DNA of 64,000 nucleotides from Batkoa obscura (Eukaryota): NCBI GenBank assembly GCA_030770535.1, contig JASVEC010000026.1, positions 682,001 to 746,000 of the forward strand, read 5' to 3'. Shown piece by piece: positions 1 to 12,634 of this stretch (position 1 is its first letter; each line of letters starts with the position of its first letter). The notes under the pieces were generated by a model. It saw only the letters and a program-made list of their open reading frames with translations, ran no database searches and was not told where the DNA came from. The position numbers and the translations under genes were made by a program.

Positions 1-3
1 TAG

Positions 4-710
4 GTAGTGAAGGATTATCAACTATACAAAGCAATTTGATTAAAGCAGCCGTCAGTTCCAAGATCAAATTATTTATACCATCCGAATTCGGTAGTGAAGT
101 TGAGGGTAAAACTAATCCGTTATTTCTACAAAAAATTGAAATTCGAAATCAAATCAAAGAATCTGGTTTAAACTATATTTATTATACCAACGGTTTTTTT
201 ATTCAACATATTATTACTGATTTTTATGGTATTGATATTAAGAATTCTAAGGCTCAAATTGTTGGTAAAGGAGATACTCAATTCACAGTAACTAGTTTAA
301 ATGATATAGCTAAATTTGTTTATCAAACTTATTATTTATCAATTTTTAAGAACACCACCGTAAATATTGTTGGTGAAAATACAACTATCAATAAGATATT
401 AAAGGATATTACCAAAGTTACTGGTAAAAAGTTTAAAGCAACTCATATTTCGTTAGATGAGGTACAAAAAGTTTTAGATAATCCAAATATCGATTTCTTT
501 GGTAAAATATCATATTATCTTCGTAAAGATATCGAATTAGGTGATATTAAGCTACCAAGTAATCATAATGATTTAGTAAATAATTTCAAATCTACTTCAG
601 TCCTCGATGTTGTTAAAACTAATTATGGGAAAGTCTCGTCTTGCTCCAATACTTTATCTACTTTTTGTACATCTCTAAAATCAAACAAATTACTTAACTT
701 CTTTAAATAG
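4..710 (+). CDS. NmrA/isoflavone-reductase-like NAD(P)-binding protein, 3' part (5' exons outside window)
   Basis: Motifs LFIPSEFG, YTNGFF and TSLNDIAKFV are typical of the NmrA/IFR family; the TAG at 1-3 looks like an intron acceptor in frame with the ORF. Confidence 0.75.
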
Positions 711-1491
711 AGATGTATTTATATTAAATAAATAAATTTTTATCTTTAGAATTTCAATGTTATTTTTGCTAAATACTAATTTACAAATATTACTTTAAGA
801 CTATAGCAGGATAAACTCTATTATGTTATATATGAAGCTAAATTAAATCAATAGTTAATCGGTTCTTATTCTGTGATAAACATAATTTTTAATTAAATCC
901 TTTATTCATTTTAGATTATTTGTATATTATACATTTAAAATAATTCTAATAAAGTATTAATTATTAAGGGATGAAAACTTATAAATTTTTTAAAAAAACC
1001 CTGTTAATTTATCTTTATTTTGAGCAATTATAAAAATAATATCGATCTATAAAGGAGACGGTATAGCAAATTCTTTTTCAAAATAAGCCTGCCTACTTTT
1101 CCATCATTATGAATGATTTTAACTTGGCTATCAAACATTCTTATTAAACAAGGTTCCAAATCAATTGTAATACACTTCTTTAATATCAAGTACTGACTAA
1201 ACTGATGAGTGGTATTTAATACTATCTGATGATTTAAATGTTTAGTGTCCTCTGGTAAAAAAGATTCCATTGTAAAGAAATATAATAGACACCAAAAAAG
1301 GTTTTAACCTTCTAATGTTCCATAAATTTTATTATCAAAAGTATAGTAAGACACTTGATTACAAACTAAATAAAAGGATTGAGCATTAACTTCCGATAAA
1401 TGAGCATAACTAGGCACATATCTTTTTACGATTTATAACTTAGTGTTATCAGTTAAAATAGCTTCTGGATGTTTATCATAATTTAATATAT

Positions 1492-1590
1492 GAGAATGTT
1501 TTTTTTGGTTTCATTACTTTTTCCATTTTTTAAGCGCTATTTGAGCGGAAAGATTGTTAGTAAAATTCTTAAACATAAAAATACATCTTC
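1492..1590 (-). mobile_element. ~99-bp MITE copy (family with GRGGATGT...ACAYCCYC termini)
   Basis: Matches the other copies; flanked by ATAT on both sides (1488-1491, 1591-1594). Confidence 0.85.
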
Positions 1591-2157
1591 ATATACTCTT
1601 TCTTTTGTTGGTATATATTTAACAACAGAGAGATTTAATAGATCAATTTAATCAGTCCTTGCTTTTATATTCCTTCAACACTTAATGATTTTTTATTCAC
1701 AAATATAACCATAGCATATTTTAATCGTAAATATATATATTCTTACCTGTTTATTCAGAATACTGATATTAGGAATTTGTTTAATTAGGCCGTGTATTTC
1801 AACAGAAATCAATATTAAAGATACCTAGTTTTAAAAAGAAGAATTATCAATTTTTACGATCGATGTCCTTCAAGGGATAAACTCGATTTTTCCATTCACA
1901 ACAATGATACAATCTAAAGTATTGTTGCTAAGTTTAGCCAATAAGCCGCTAAGTAGCTTATAAGAATATCCTTGTAACTATAGTTTTAACAAACTTTGTA
2001 AATAATGCCCTTTATATCCATAGCCCATATTAGATGAATTAAATAAATTGCACTTAAAAGTTCCATAAAAATTGTAAGCGTTTGTTTCATGTTTGTTTTT
2101 CAGTAGCTGATAGTTAAACAATAGTGATTTTTATACATTTATATTTAATGTTTATAT

Positions 2158-2256
2158 GGGGATGTATTTTTGCGTTTGAGAATTTTGCTAACAATTTTTC
2201 CATTTAAATAGTGCTTAAAAGACGGAAAAAGTAATGAAACCAAAAAAGACACCCCC
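2158..2256 (+). mobile_element. ~99-bp MITE copy
   Basis: GGGGATGT...ACACCCCC termini, ATAT target duplication. Confidence 0.9.
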
Positions 2257-2327
2257 ATATATTTCTGTCAATAGGATATTGTTTTTATGAGGCTTACATT
2301 AAAAAAACAGTTTGGTTTAATAGATAT

Positions 2328-2419
2328 GGGGATGTCTTTTTTATCTAACGATTTTACTACTAATTTTCTACTTAAATAGCAATTAAAAATGGAAAAAGTG
2401 GTGAAACCAAAAAACACCT
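2328..2419 (+). mobile_element. MITE copy, degenerate right end
   Basis: ATAT-GGGGATGT start and internal similarity to 2158-2256. Confidence 0.75.
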
Positions 2420-3380
2420 AATTTTAAAAATAACCCCATTCTAAAATCAAGTATAAAAAAATAGATATAATTTAATTAATTAATTAGTGTAATATATATA
2501 TTATAAACATAGTTCAATTAATCAAGTAGTTTTATTTTCTTTGTTTCAACTTTGTACATGATTTTCATGTTAGTATAAAAAGTATACTATACCAATTAAA
2601 TAAATCAATTGTTTTGTTTACTCATATTTATTTTTATGTCGAGCAACCTCACTTCTAGAGTTCTTCTACCAGTTTTGGATCTATCTAATCTAAAGTAGCT
2701 AGAAAAATTCATTAAGTAGAAGGCGCTTCCATTCAGAAATAAATGAGGAGGTAGGAAACGGGCCACATTTGTTCCCAAATACCATTTTGCAGTAATGCCT
2801 ATAGACAATCCATATTGTAGAGACTGCAAGAAGTGGTAAATAGGAATTGGAACAAGAAAGAAATAGCATCGGAATAAAAGATAACACTTTATCTCACAAA
2901 ACATTATTACTATCAGTGTTATTACCTACCTACAATATTATTTTTTATAAAATATTTATTTTGTGATTCTATTGTTGAGTGATTCTATTGTTATTTTTTT
3001 CTATCAAATAAAAATAAAATCAATGTATTACTAAACTGATATAACAATAAACTAATATATCATTAAAACCAAGACATTAATGTACTGATTGCAACAATAA
3101 AATCACATATTAATTCATCAATACATAGGTAAATTCAATACATTATATCCATTCATTCTTATAATAGTATAATGTTATAAGTAGATAAAATTTATCTATT
3201 AACATTCAAATCATAAATCTATATGATTAATTTTTATTGAAATTTTTTTGAATTAAATAATATACAACCTGTTCTTAATAATCGATAAGATATCATTAAT
3301 ATTTTAAAAATAAACCTGTCTTTCATTTATATAAAAATTATTATCAAACTATAGATATCATAAATAATGTTATTGTTAAT

Positions 3381-3434
3381 AAATAAAATAAAATAAAATA
3401 AAATAAAATAAAATAAAATAAAATAAAATAAAAT
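3381..3434. repeat. (AAAAT)n microsatellite
   Basis: Direct tandem pentamer run. Confidence 0.9.
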
Positions 3435-3487
3435 ACTAGATAATTAAGCAACCTTATAATTTTTTATTACCTATTTTAAAAATATCC

Positions 3488-5713
3488 TCACTCTACCATA
3501 TAAACTTGCATCATATTATTAACAATAAAATTTATTTTTTTGACATCACTTATTGATAACCTTATTTCATCAACTTCATTTAATTCCTCAGTAATTAAAC
3601 TTAATTCTTTATTTAAATTTTCAAGTGAAGTAGTGATAAACCAATATCTTTTAATACAATCAAATAATAATGGAAAATCAGATAGACCATAAATAGACCA
3701 ATAACTTAATGGAGACATATCTTTATATTGTTCAATAGTTGACTTTTTAGAATTTATTATATAATCTAAATAATCTTCTAATTCTTCAAGACATTCAGTA
3801 TAATTTTTTGGTTGATTTAAATTGAAATAATATACTTTTATATATTCTTGTATCTTTTGAGTCGCTTTTTGAATTCTTATTTTTGGTAGCTCATAACTTA
3901 ATTTCGATCCTGGATATAATAAATAATAAATATCTAAATTAAAATTATGTTGTTCCAATCTATTAGTTAATAAATTCATTATCTCTTCCTTTGTAATATA
4001 ATTGAAATTATATACTTTTATATCTTCTTTGGTTTGATTCTCTCGAATAATTTTCATATATTCAAAAAATAAATTAGAAAATTCATTCAATGGACTTGTA
4101 CAACAATGAATTATATTTTCAAGTAACTTAAATATTAAACATATATCATCCACTTGTTTTAAGATAGTTTTCCATTCATTTAGTGTAAACTCATTACATA
4201 GACTTTTATCCTTTAAAATGTCATTATAATTTAATTGTTTTAATAGTTTATTGAAATTATTAAAAAATTCAGGCCATACTTGAATATTTTCATAACTTTT
4301 AATCCATAATAAAAGATCCTTAAACTTCAGTTTATATTGATCTATCATTCTTTTTAAATAATTATAACAATAATTGTTATTAACTTTAAAATAATTATTA
4401 TTTAACAATAAAACTAAATTATTAAAAAGTCCCTCAAATTCCTTTAATTCCAATATATCCTTTAAAAAAAAAGAAATTGGATTATTTAAAAAAGAGATTA
4501 TAAAAACATTTGGAATTTTATCTTTTGTTATATTTATAATATTACTATAACTTTCTATATCATCTAAAACTAATGAAATACATTTATTAAAACCAAATTT
4601 CTTTCCAATTAAATCTATAATTTTTGAGAATTCTTCACTCAAATTAACTAGCGTATTACATATAATATATTTGAAAAAATAGTTATTACCTTGATCTATA
4701 TCAATTAAGATCGTCAAATACTTAACGTTTTCTTTAATTTTCACTATTTTAACTACAATCGAATAAAATTGGCACTGTTGAATTTCACTATTAATCTTAT
4801 CTTTTAAATTTCTATAAACATCTTTAATTATTGGTCTATATAATAAATTTAAATTTAAATTTTCCTTTTTCCTTAGCTTATTTTTACTTAATAAATTAAT
4901 AAAATAATCCAAACTTATACTTTTATGAAGATATTGTTGATTATATAACTTAAATGACTTTTTAAACTTCGATAAATTCAATGTTCTCGGTTTTTTATAT
5001 TTATGTTCTACTTTAGTTTCTTTTTTTTCATTATTAATATTGATGTTTTTTATTTGATAATCTTCCGTTTCAATAATTAACTCTTCAGATTGTTTTGGAT
5101 TGCTTATACTAGAACATGTAGTTGATTCTTGTTGGAAAGATTCTGGATCTGAGATTACTGCTAAATCAGTTTGCTTCTTTGAAAAATTAAGCTTCTCATT
5201 AAGAAAAGATCCTTGACTAAAACTACGATCTTTGGGATTATCTAACTGATTATTCAATTCTAAATTAACATTCTGATTTTCTCCAATATTATTGTTATCC
5301 TTTTTTGTTTTATTAATAAAACTTTTAATTGAATTTTTGAAATCAATATCAATATTATTTTCTAATTTGTATTTACCACTACAACTACCATTAAATAAAT
5401 GAAAATATAAATCCACTTGGTCTTTTCTAATGTTTTTTTTACACTTTTTACAACAACCAATATTGTTTCTTAAATTCTCTATATAAATAGTATAATCAAT
5501 TTGTTGATTCTTAAATCCTTTCAATAAATAATTATTATAAAACTCTTTTTCTTGAGTTGATTGACCTATACATTGCCCATTAATTAAATGACGATAAACT
5601 TCTTTTTTAGATAAAAGTATATTAGTTTGACATCGTTTACATGACCCATATGTTATACTGTTAATTATTGTTACATAATCCAATATATTAAATTGTTGAA
5701 TTAGGTTGGACAT
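3488..5713 (-). CDS. hAT-transposase-derived protein with two BED-like zinc fingers (probably domesticated)
   Basis: Intact intronless ~741-aa ORF; two CX2CX13HX5C motifs at the N-terminus; C-terminal SPLSYW...FPLLFDCIKRYWFITTS resembles the hAT dimerisation domain; no TIRs seen. Confidence 0.6.
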   Translation of the reverse strand: MSNLIQQFNILDYVTIINSITYGSCKRCQTNILLSKKEVYRHLINGQCIGQSTQEKEFYNNYLLKGFKNQQIDYTIYIENLRNNIGCCKKCKKNIRKDQVDLYFHLFNGSCSGKYKLENNIDIDFKNSIKSFINKTKKDNNNIGENQNVNLELNNQLDNPKDRSFSQGSFLNEKLNFSKKQTDLAVISDPESFQQESTTCSSISNPKQSEELIIETEDYQIKNININNEKKETKVEHKYKKPRTLNLSKFKKSFKLYNQQYLHKSISLDYFINLLSKNKLRKKENLNLNLLYRPIIKDVYRNLKDKINSEIQQCQFYSIVVKIVKIKENVKYLTILIDIDQGNNYFFKYIICNTLVNLSEEFSKIIDLIGKKFGFNKCISLVLDDIESYSNIINITKDKIPNVFIISFLNNPISFFLKDILELKEFEGLFNNLVLLLNNNYFKVNNNYCYNYLKRMIDQYKLKFKDLLLWIKSYENIQVWPEFFNNFNKLLKQLNYNDILKDKSLCNEFTLNEWKTILKQVDDICLIFKLLENIIHCCTSPLNEFSNLFFEYMKIIRENQTKEDIKVYNFNYITKEEIMNLLTNRLEQHNFNLDIYYLLYPGSKLSYELPKIRIQKATQKIQEYIKVYYFNLNQPKNYTECLEELEDYLDYIINSKKSTIEQYKDMSPLSYWSIYGLSDFPLLFDCIKRYWFITTSLENLNKELSLITEELNEVDEIRLSISDVKKINFIVNNMMQVYMVE

Positions 5714-6127
5714 CAAAAGCTTAAGTTAAAAAAAAAGTTCGATTCAAATATTCTATCTTGGGGTTTTTTTAATTGGTTAATGAGTAGTGCTAAAATGCAA
5801 TAAACTCTATTGTATGGTGTTTTGCAAAGATGTTATAAAAATAAGAGATAATTATTATTATAGATAATCAAAGCTTGAATAAATTCTATTTATAAAAGAA
5901 AAATGAGATAAAAGCTTTAAAATAAAAAACATAATTGTAATAAACTAAAATTGAATTTACTTAATTCATTATTAAAAAAAATATAATTAATTGAGTTTAA
6001 CAGTATAGTTAGCAATACTCTTCGAAGCCAAAAGAAAATCCAATTGATTTATAAATTATATTACTATTCAAGGATAATTGTACAAGTAAAGTTAACTAAT
6101 TGTAATATAATATAATATTTGATTTAT

Positions 6128-8287
6128 TTATTTTTTCTTAACGAAAAGTTCATAATCAATTGGCTCATCTAAACATTTAGTTAATGAATCAAAATTAATT
6201 TTCCTAGTTTGTGGTATTTGTTTTAATACTTGTTTTGTTGCTTCAGCTAAATTATCGGAATCAGCATATAATTTTTTTTTAGGACCTCGCTATAAAAGAT
6301 AATTATGATTAATAATTAAATCGAATCCTAGATAAAATAATTGTTTGATTCTTACTTTAATCTTTTTCTTTATAATTCCATTCCTTTCTTCTTCTCTCAA
6401 TCGTTCTTCTTTAGCTAAATTATATAAATTAATGTAAATAATTGAATAATCAAAAATTATAATAAAATAGTACCTTTTTGAGCTGCTAAATAATCTGCAT
6501 TTTCACCTGTCCAAACTTCTGTTTTCCTTTCGATTTCTGTCTGATTTAAAAACATATTTTGTAATTCAACATCATCATCTAATTCATTTAAATTTCCATC
6601 ATTATCTTCTTGTTCTTCTTCTTCTTCATTTTCTTCCCATTTTTCATAATCTAAAAATAATTGTTTTATTAAATTTAAATAAAATAAAATGAAATGAAAT
6701 TGCCTGTTTTTATTTTAACAATTGAAGTTTTTGGTTCTGTTATATAATTATTAATTTCTTCTTTTAAATTTATTTCTTCTTCAGCTTCATCTAATGACAT
6801 TTCTGAAGATGTTTTTTGATGACTTTGCTCTATTTAAATTAATAAATTTTTTATTTTAAACATTTAATCAACTTACCATCCACATTATTCACTTCCTTTT
6901 CAACTTCTTTTTCCACTTCTATACTACTAATTTTTATACTTTTATTAAGATTTCCATCATCTTTCTCTATTTCTATTACTTCATTTGATATTTTTCCATT
7001 GAAATTGGAAAGATTGACTTCAACAACTTCTTCCTTTTTCTTAATTAATAATGCTTTTTCAGCTAAGGATTCCGCTTTACGAGCACGTTTATAAGCAGGA
7101 GGATCTTCGAAAGCTTCCAAATTAATATTGTGAAAATCATCCACCGTCATTTTTCCTGTTTCTGTACTTGCAAATTCTTCCAATCTATTAAAAGAAATGA
7201 ATTTTTATTTTGATTGATTAAATTTTAATTGACCTCTTTTTGACTGTATCACTTGACATTCTTACAATTTTAACAATTTGATTGATATTTCGATTAAAAT
7301 GATGGATACGAGATGCTATTAATAGACCTAACGTTTAAATATAAATTTAAAAAATTTCAACTAAACTTATAAAAAAGTACTAGCACCACAAATCCCTGCT
7401 GGTCTTCTACCAGTCGTCATCCAATCTCTTTTCATTCTAGTAACTAACCGAATAGCCGTTTCTGCCACTTTATGTTGTTTGTCACCAAAGCCAAGACAAG
7501 CAGCAAATCTTGAAATATATAAAGAAGGATCGACTAAAGCTACTTCACTTTTTAAATTTAACAAACCAACTAATTTAACAAAGGCTGAACCTAAAGTAAA
7601 TACACTAGCCTATTTATAAATCATAAATAAAAACAACTTAGTAAATAAAATTTACTTCAGCCAAATCCGAAAAATCAATCAACATATGAGTGGTTTGGTT
7701 CACTCGGCAAGCAGCATATAAACAAACTGCAATAGTAACTTCTGATTTACGACCACGAGAAAAATTATGAATCAGTAAAAGTTTGAAAAAGTTCATAGCT
7801 TTGTCAACATAATGATCCGCTAAATAAAGGGCAGTACCAAATTTTCGTGCTAATTCATTAGCTAAGAGATATTAAATTCAATATAATTCATCATTTTTTC
7901 CTATTGATTTACCTTTTGTTATTGTTAATTCATTATTTGAACTATTTGTAAATGAACCCAATCCAGTCCTTAATTTAGCACCACCTAAAAAAATGAATTA
8001 AAAATCATCATTCTACTCAACTAATTAACCAACATTACTTTGCCCAAAGCCCACCATAGTACCAACTAAACTATGACCGCCAAAAGCATTATCAGCAAAA
8101 GCAAGTTCAGAAACAATTGTATTTTCTTCTTGTACCTAAAGAAATGGAATATTGATTTTATTAATGATGATAATGAAATGTTGAAAATTCCAAAAAAAAA
8201 ACTTACTGTACCACAACCAATACAAACTTTATTGCCTTCAGCTTCATACGTTTCAAAATTTACTCCACCACAACTTTTACAAGTCAT
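6128..8287 (-). CDS. BRF1: TFIIIB subunit Brf1 (multi-exon)
   Basis: N-terminal zinc ribbon CKSC...CIGC, cyclin-fold segment DPSLYISRFA...RMKRDWMTTGRRPAGICGA, DPPAY motif, C-terminal RKINFD. Confidence 0.93.
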
Positions 8288-8825
8288 TTTTTGTTATTTC
8301 ACTAAAAGTTGAATATATATTTTTTAAAAGTCGATAGTGATGTTTTTCTATAATTAGCAAATATTATAGGACAGATTGAAGGCCTATAAGACTTCAAATC
8401 TAGAAATCGATTTATTCATTTTTTTAGGACGCAATTTTCGAGGCTTAAAATAGGATAAAAATTACACTTTATCTTCAATAGAGTAATATTTTAAAACGAA
8501 TTATAATATAAAAGTTGTTTATTTAATAAATAAAAGGAACAAAGATCAGATACATAAATCTATGGCTTTTTATTTTTATTATTTTTATTGACAAACTAAC
8601 TGATGAATCAGAAGCAAAAGTTTATAATAGTAGAATTTTTGAGATATATATTGGGGGATGTCCGAATTGGTTTCAGAATTTAATTAGAAATTAATCCAAA
8701 TTTTAAGTTTTTAAATTTGTGAGTCTTTAATGTATGATTAGCTAAATTTAGAAAACTTAAAATTAAATAGAAAAATTTAACTTAAAAGACTTGTTTTATT
8801 TATTTTATTTTTTTAATTATATATT

Positions 8826-9193
8826 TGTGAAAGTTGGTACTCAGTGATTGGAGTTAAAAGTAATTCTAGCTTAATTAACTGGCCGTAAGTCAAAAGGCCT
8901 TAGTTTATGTAGCTAAGATAGACTTAAATCAATAGGAATAGTGCACAACAAGTTACAAACTATGTAAAATAAATAGAATGGAAGATACTATTGTAAAATC
9001 TACGTAAAATCTACGTAAAATACTATAAGACTTAGTGGCTTTATTAAAAGTACAATATTAAGGAACAATTCAATTAAAAAGCCTCGAACTATTATGTTGA
9101 AGAATCTCTTTTATAATCCAATTAGTTTTGTAAACAAGTTAAGTGATTGTTATGCGATAATCAATCATAGAGCTGATAAAGCGATATTTCACA
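8826..9193 (+). mobile_element. Solo LTR (internally shortened copy)
   Basis: TGTGAAA...TTTCACA termini, 5-bp flanks ATATT/ATGTT, homologous to 23876-24357. Confidence 0.75.
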
Positions 9194-9292
9194 ATGTTTT
9201 GTATTTTTTTATCAAATGTTCAATAGATATATAATATATAATATATAATTATATAATTATTTGGCTTTATTTTTTATTAAAATAAAAACAAA

Positions 9293-10980
9293 ATGCAAGC
9301 TTTTATAACTAAACTTCGAAATGGATTTTCTAAAAATTTTAATACAATAGGTAGAAGCATATTATATAAACATTTTAATTCATTTACATCAATTTTAACA
9401 ACTATTCACAATAACCCACAGTTTATAGAATTTTATAATAAAACAAAAAAAAAGAAAAGAAAAGAAAAGTTATTAAAGTTTACTATTAATAATAACAAAC
9501 TTAACCAAGCAATGTATAAAGTTAGTGCTTTAAGGGAAACAGGAAATAAAAACCAACAAGTAGCATTATTGTCAACTATAGCTTCAGTATATTCTTTTGA
9601 TGAATGTAAAAGTTTTGGATTTAATATAAGTAAAAATCAATATGATTATTCAAAAATAGCTAATAATAATAAAATATCAACGTTACAACCTATTATTAAA
9701 AATATAAAAAAAATTAAAAATGAGCAAATTAAAATTATTATACAATATTTACTTGATAATTCAACTATTTCATCAAGATTTAATAAAATAATGATAATAA
9801 ATATTCGTCAGATAATATATATTAAATAAAAGTAGAAGAATGATATACAGTAAATATTTTAATGATTTAAAAGATAAAGCAGTAGCTAGGTCAACATTTT
9901 TTAAATATATACCAAATAATTTTAAAAATCCAGCAAGAAAAACAGATTTATGTAATATATGTGCCCAGTATACAGTTATAAAAAGGTTATTTGAAAACAA
10001 AATAAATACAGCAACAAAAAATAAAGCAGAGATACAGGAATCTTTTAATAAAGAAAAAAGGTTATATAAACTACATGAATTTTGTGTTGATATTTAAAAA
10101 AACATATTTAATGGAACTATAAAAAAATCAAATAATAGAAGTTGTATAATAATTTTAGACTTTAAACAAAATATGGAAATAGGAACAAGGCCAGATCCAA
10201 TAAATTTAGATCATTATAATAAACAAGCTATATCAGTATTAAGTTTTGACGCTTTATATTTAAAAAATGATAAAACAATAGGTAAAATTTATTTTGATTA
10301 TTTGTCTGAAATATTAAATCATGATTCAACATATGCAGGAGACTGTTTAATTGATTTAATACCTAAAGAGTTTTTATTTAAAAAGTTTACAAAAATTAAT
10401 ATGAGTAGATACAGGAAATCATTTTAAATCTCAAGAGTTTTTACATTATATACTTGAAGAAACTTATAAAATAAATAGTAGTTTAAATATTGATCTTGAT
10501 TTTTTTGCCGAGCATCATGGAAAAAGTATAGTTGATGGACATTTTGGAAATCTTTCACAGTGGAAAAATAGTTTTGAAACATTAGGTCAAATAGAATATA
10601 TTGATCAATTAATTTGAAAATTTGAGAGTTTTATTTGTGGACATAATAGAATTAACAACTCAACTGTCAATAATGGGAAAATAAATATAATTTTTAAAAA
10701 GTATGAAAGAAACAAAGATACAAAAACAATAATAAAAATACAAGGTATTAAACGTGGTAATAAACTACACTGTTATCCAGTATCTGATAGATAAAAAAAA
10801 ACGAAATAATTACAATTAAAGTTATAGAGTATAAAAAATAAAAAAATTAAAAGATCAACCCCGGCTTATCTTACAAAAATAACTGAAAATTTAAAAGCTT
10901 CAATATTTACTAAACAAGTAAGTAGTTTATTAAATGATAGAAATCAGTTATTAAATGTTGATATTACTTAAACTATTGAT
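9293..10980 (+). pseudogene. Transposase pseudogene (Sola2-like DDD triad)
   Basis: Fragments read DLCNIC..H, IILDFKQN, xDTGNHFKSQEF and DFFAEHHGKSIVDGHFG; stops at ~9827, ~10095 and ~10616, and a frameshift near 10400. Confidence 0.75.
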
Positions 10981-11992
10981 AGCTAAGTTAACAAATAGTC
11001 AAAGAGCAGGTGATTGTAATAATAAATAAAAACTATTATTATACTGCTTGTATTACATAGGGATGGTTGATTGTAGTTTTAGGGCTAATCACTCCCTCCC
11101 ATGCAGCTATTTATTAACTTAATGATATATTAATAATGTAATTATAACATCAAAATAATCTATTTATTTGATAGCAAATCTGCAATGTTGACTATAAAGC
11201 AGCCAATAATAAATATTTCTCAACGAGGTTTTGTAAGAATATCCATTTATTTATATACTACAACTTTAATTAATATCAATATATAGACTATATTAGTAAA
11301 AGCCTTGCTAATCCGGGAATTTGTATTAAATTTGATAGAAATTCCGCTAACTTACAATATAAACTATAATAAAATAATTTGAAATTGTATTGGGTACTTT
11401 TGGTTTTTAATAAAGAATTTATTTTTATAGAATTTTGAGCAAAGTTTTTAAAATATATAATATTTAAAAATTGGATAAAAAAATGAAACCAATTCAGACA
11501 CCCCCATTATTATTGCTAGTATCTTTTTCTTATATTGATAATATTAAGTTATTATTGGTTAAAGATATTTTAAAATAAAATAAAACAAGAAAGCTAAAAC
11601 GTTTGAGGGTTTTTGATTTTCACATTTTAAATTTAATAGTATAAAAGCAATTTATCAGTAAAATTAAGGCAAGTTAAAAAGCTAGTTTAAATGAGTTTAT
11701 AAACTACAACTTATTAAAATGTGACAGAAATTATTAAAGATTTTAACCTAATTTTACTTGAATTTTAGGCCTAATTTTTATCCAAAATAAACTGTTTACT
11801 ATTTTCAATTCAAGGTGAACTAGCTGTAATAAACAGCGTTAATACATTTTAAAAATTTTGTTATTAGTTATAAAACTAGGGCCAGGTCAAGGTTAAATTA
11901 AAGTCAAAACAAAGACTTTACTTTTCTATAGTTTAAATTTATTCTAATTTTAAAACAAAAAAATTGTCATCAGAATGATTGGTACTTTTGAA

Positions 11993-12634
11993 TTACACAG
12001 AGCCACGCTTGAAGGGTGGATAACCAAGTGATTCCCTTATACCTAAATGGCCGTTGCCATCTGTTACATGGTAACCAGTTTTGCCTTTATTTTCAACTTT
12101 ATAATACATTACTTTTGTTGCATTATTGTTATCATATTCCCATTTATAATAGTCACCGCAAGGACTTAAATTCTCATCCTTGTTTGAAACATAGATTTGA
12201 TAATCGATTTCACCTTGTAATTTAGTTATTGTATTACCATTAGTTAATTCAGCTTGAGTACAGAACCAATCATCACCAGCAACTTTGTAACGCAAGAGAT
12301 CCATTTGGTCTAGGTTAGTACTAGTAAGAAAGCGTTGGATTTTAGAGTCAACTATAGCCAAACTATCTTGAAATTTCTTACAATACAAAGTAGCTTTATA
12401 TTTAGTATGATCTAATCTTAAAGTATTCGACTTTGAATCAAACACCCCAGCCTCTTTTAACCCAGCACCAACACCAAGCCCAGCAATAGTAATAGCAGTA
12501 CCTATAGCCAAAGCATTAAAGATAGCAGCACCAGCAAGAACAATTCCATAAGAACCTACTAAAAAAATAGTAATTGGCTCACTCACAATGCAAGTAAGTA
12601 AAACGCTAAGTAAAAAGACTAATTTATTGTTCAT
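11993..12634 (-). CDS. Secreted protein with a long Gly/Ala-rich hydrophobic segment, function unknown
   Basis: Intronless 213-aa ORF, signal-peptide-like N-terminus, TATA-like TATATAAAC on the minus strand near 12705-12713. Confidence 0.75.
   Translation of the reverse strand: MNNKLVFLLSVLLTCIVSEPITIFLVGSYGIVLAGAAIFNALAIGTAITIAGLGVGAGLKEAGVFDSKSNTLRLDHTKYKATLYCKKFQDSLAIVDSKIQRFLTSTNLDQMDLLRYKVAGDDWFCTQAELTNGNTITKLQGEIDYQIYVSNKDENLSPCGDYYKWEYDNNNATKVMYYKVENKGKTGYHVTDGNGHLGIRESLGYPPFKRGSV

Larger units (their letters stand above)
8654..11505 (+). mobile_element. Sola2-like DDD DNA transposon, ~2.85 kb, decayed
   Basis: TIRs GGGGATGTCCGAATTGGTTTCA / TGAAACCAATTCAGACACCCCC; 4-bp flanks ATTG/ATTA; internal broken transposase. 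Confidence 0.8.

Noticed and set aside
1028..3240. Short minus-strand ORFs (1028-1270, 2605-2904, 2699-2887)
   Set aside because: Possibly decayed genes interrupted by MITEs, but no recognisable motif and many stops in the extended frames
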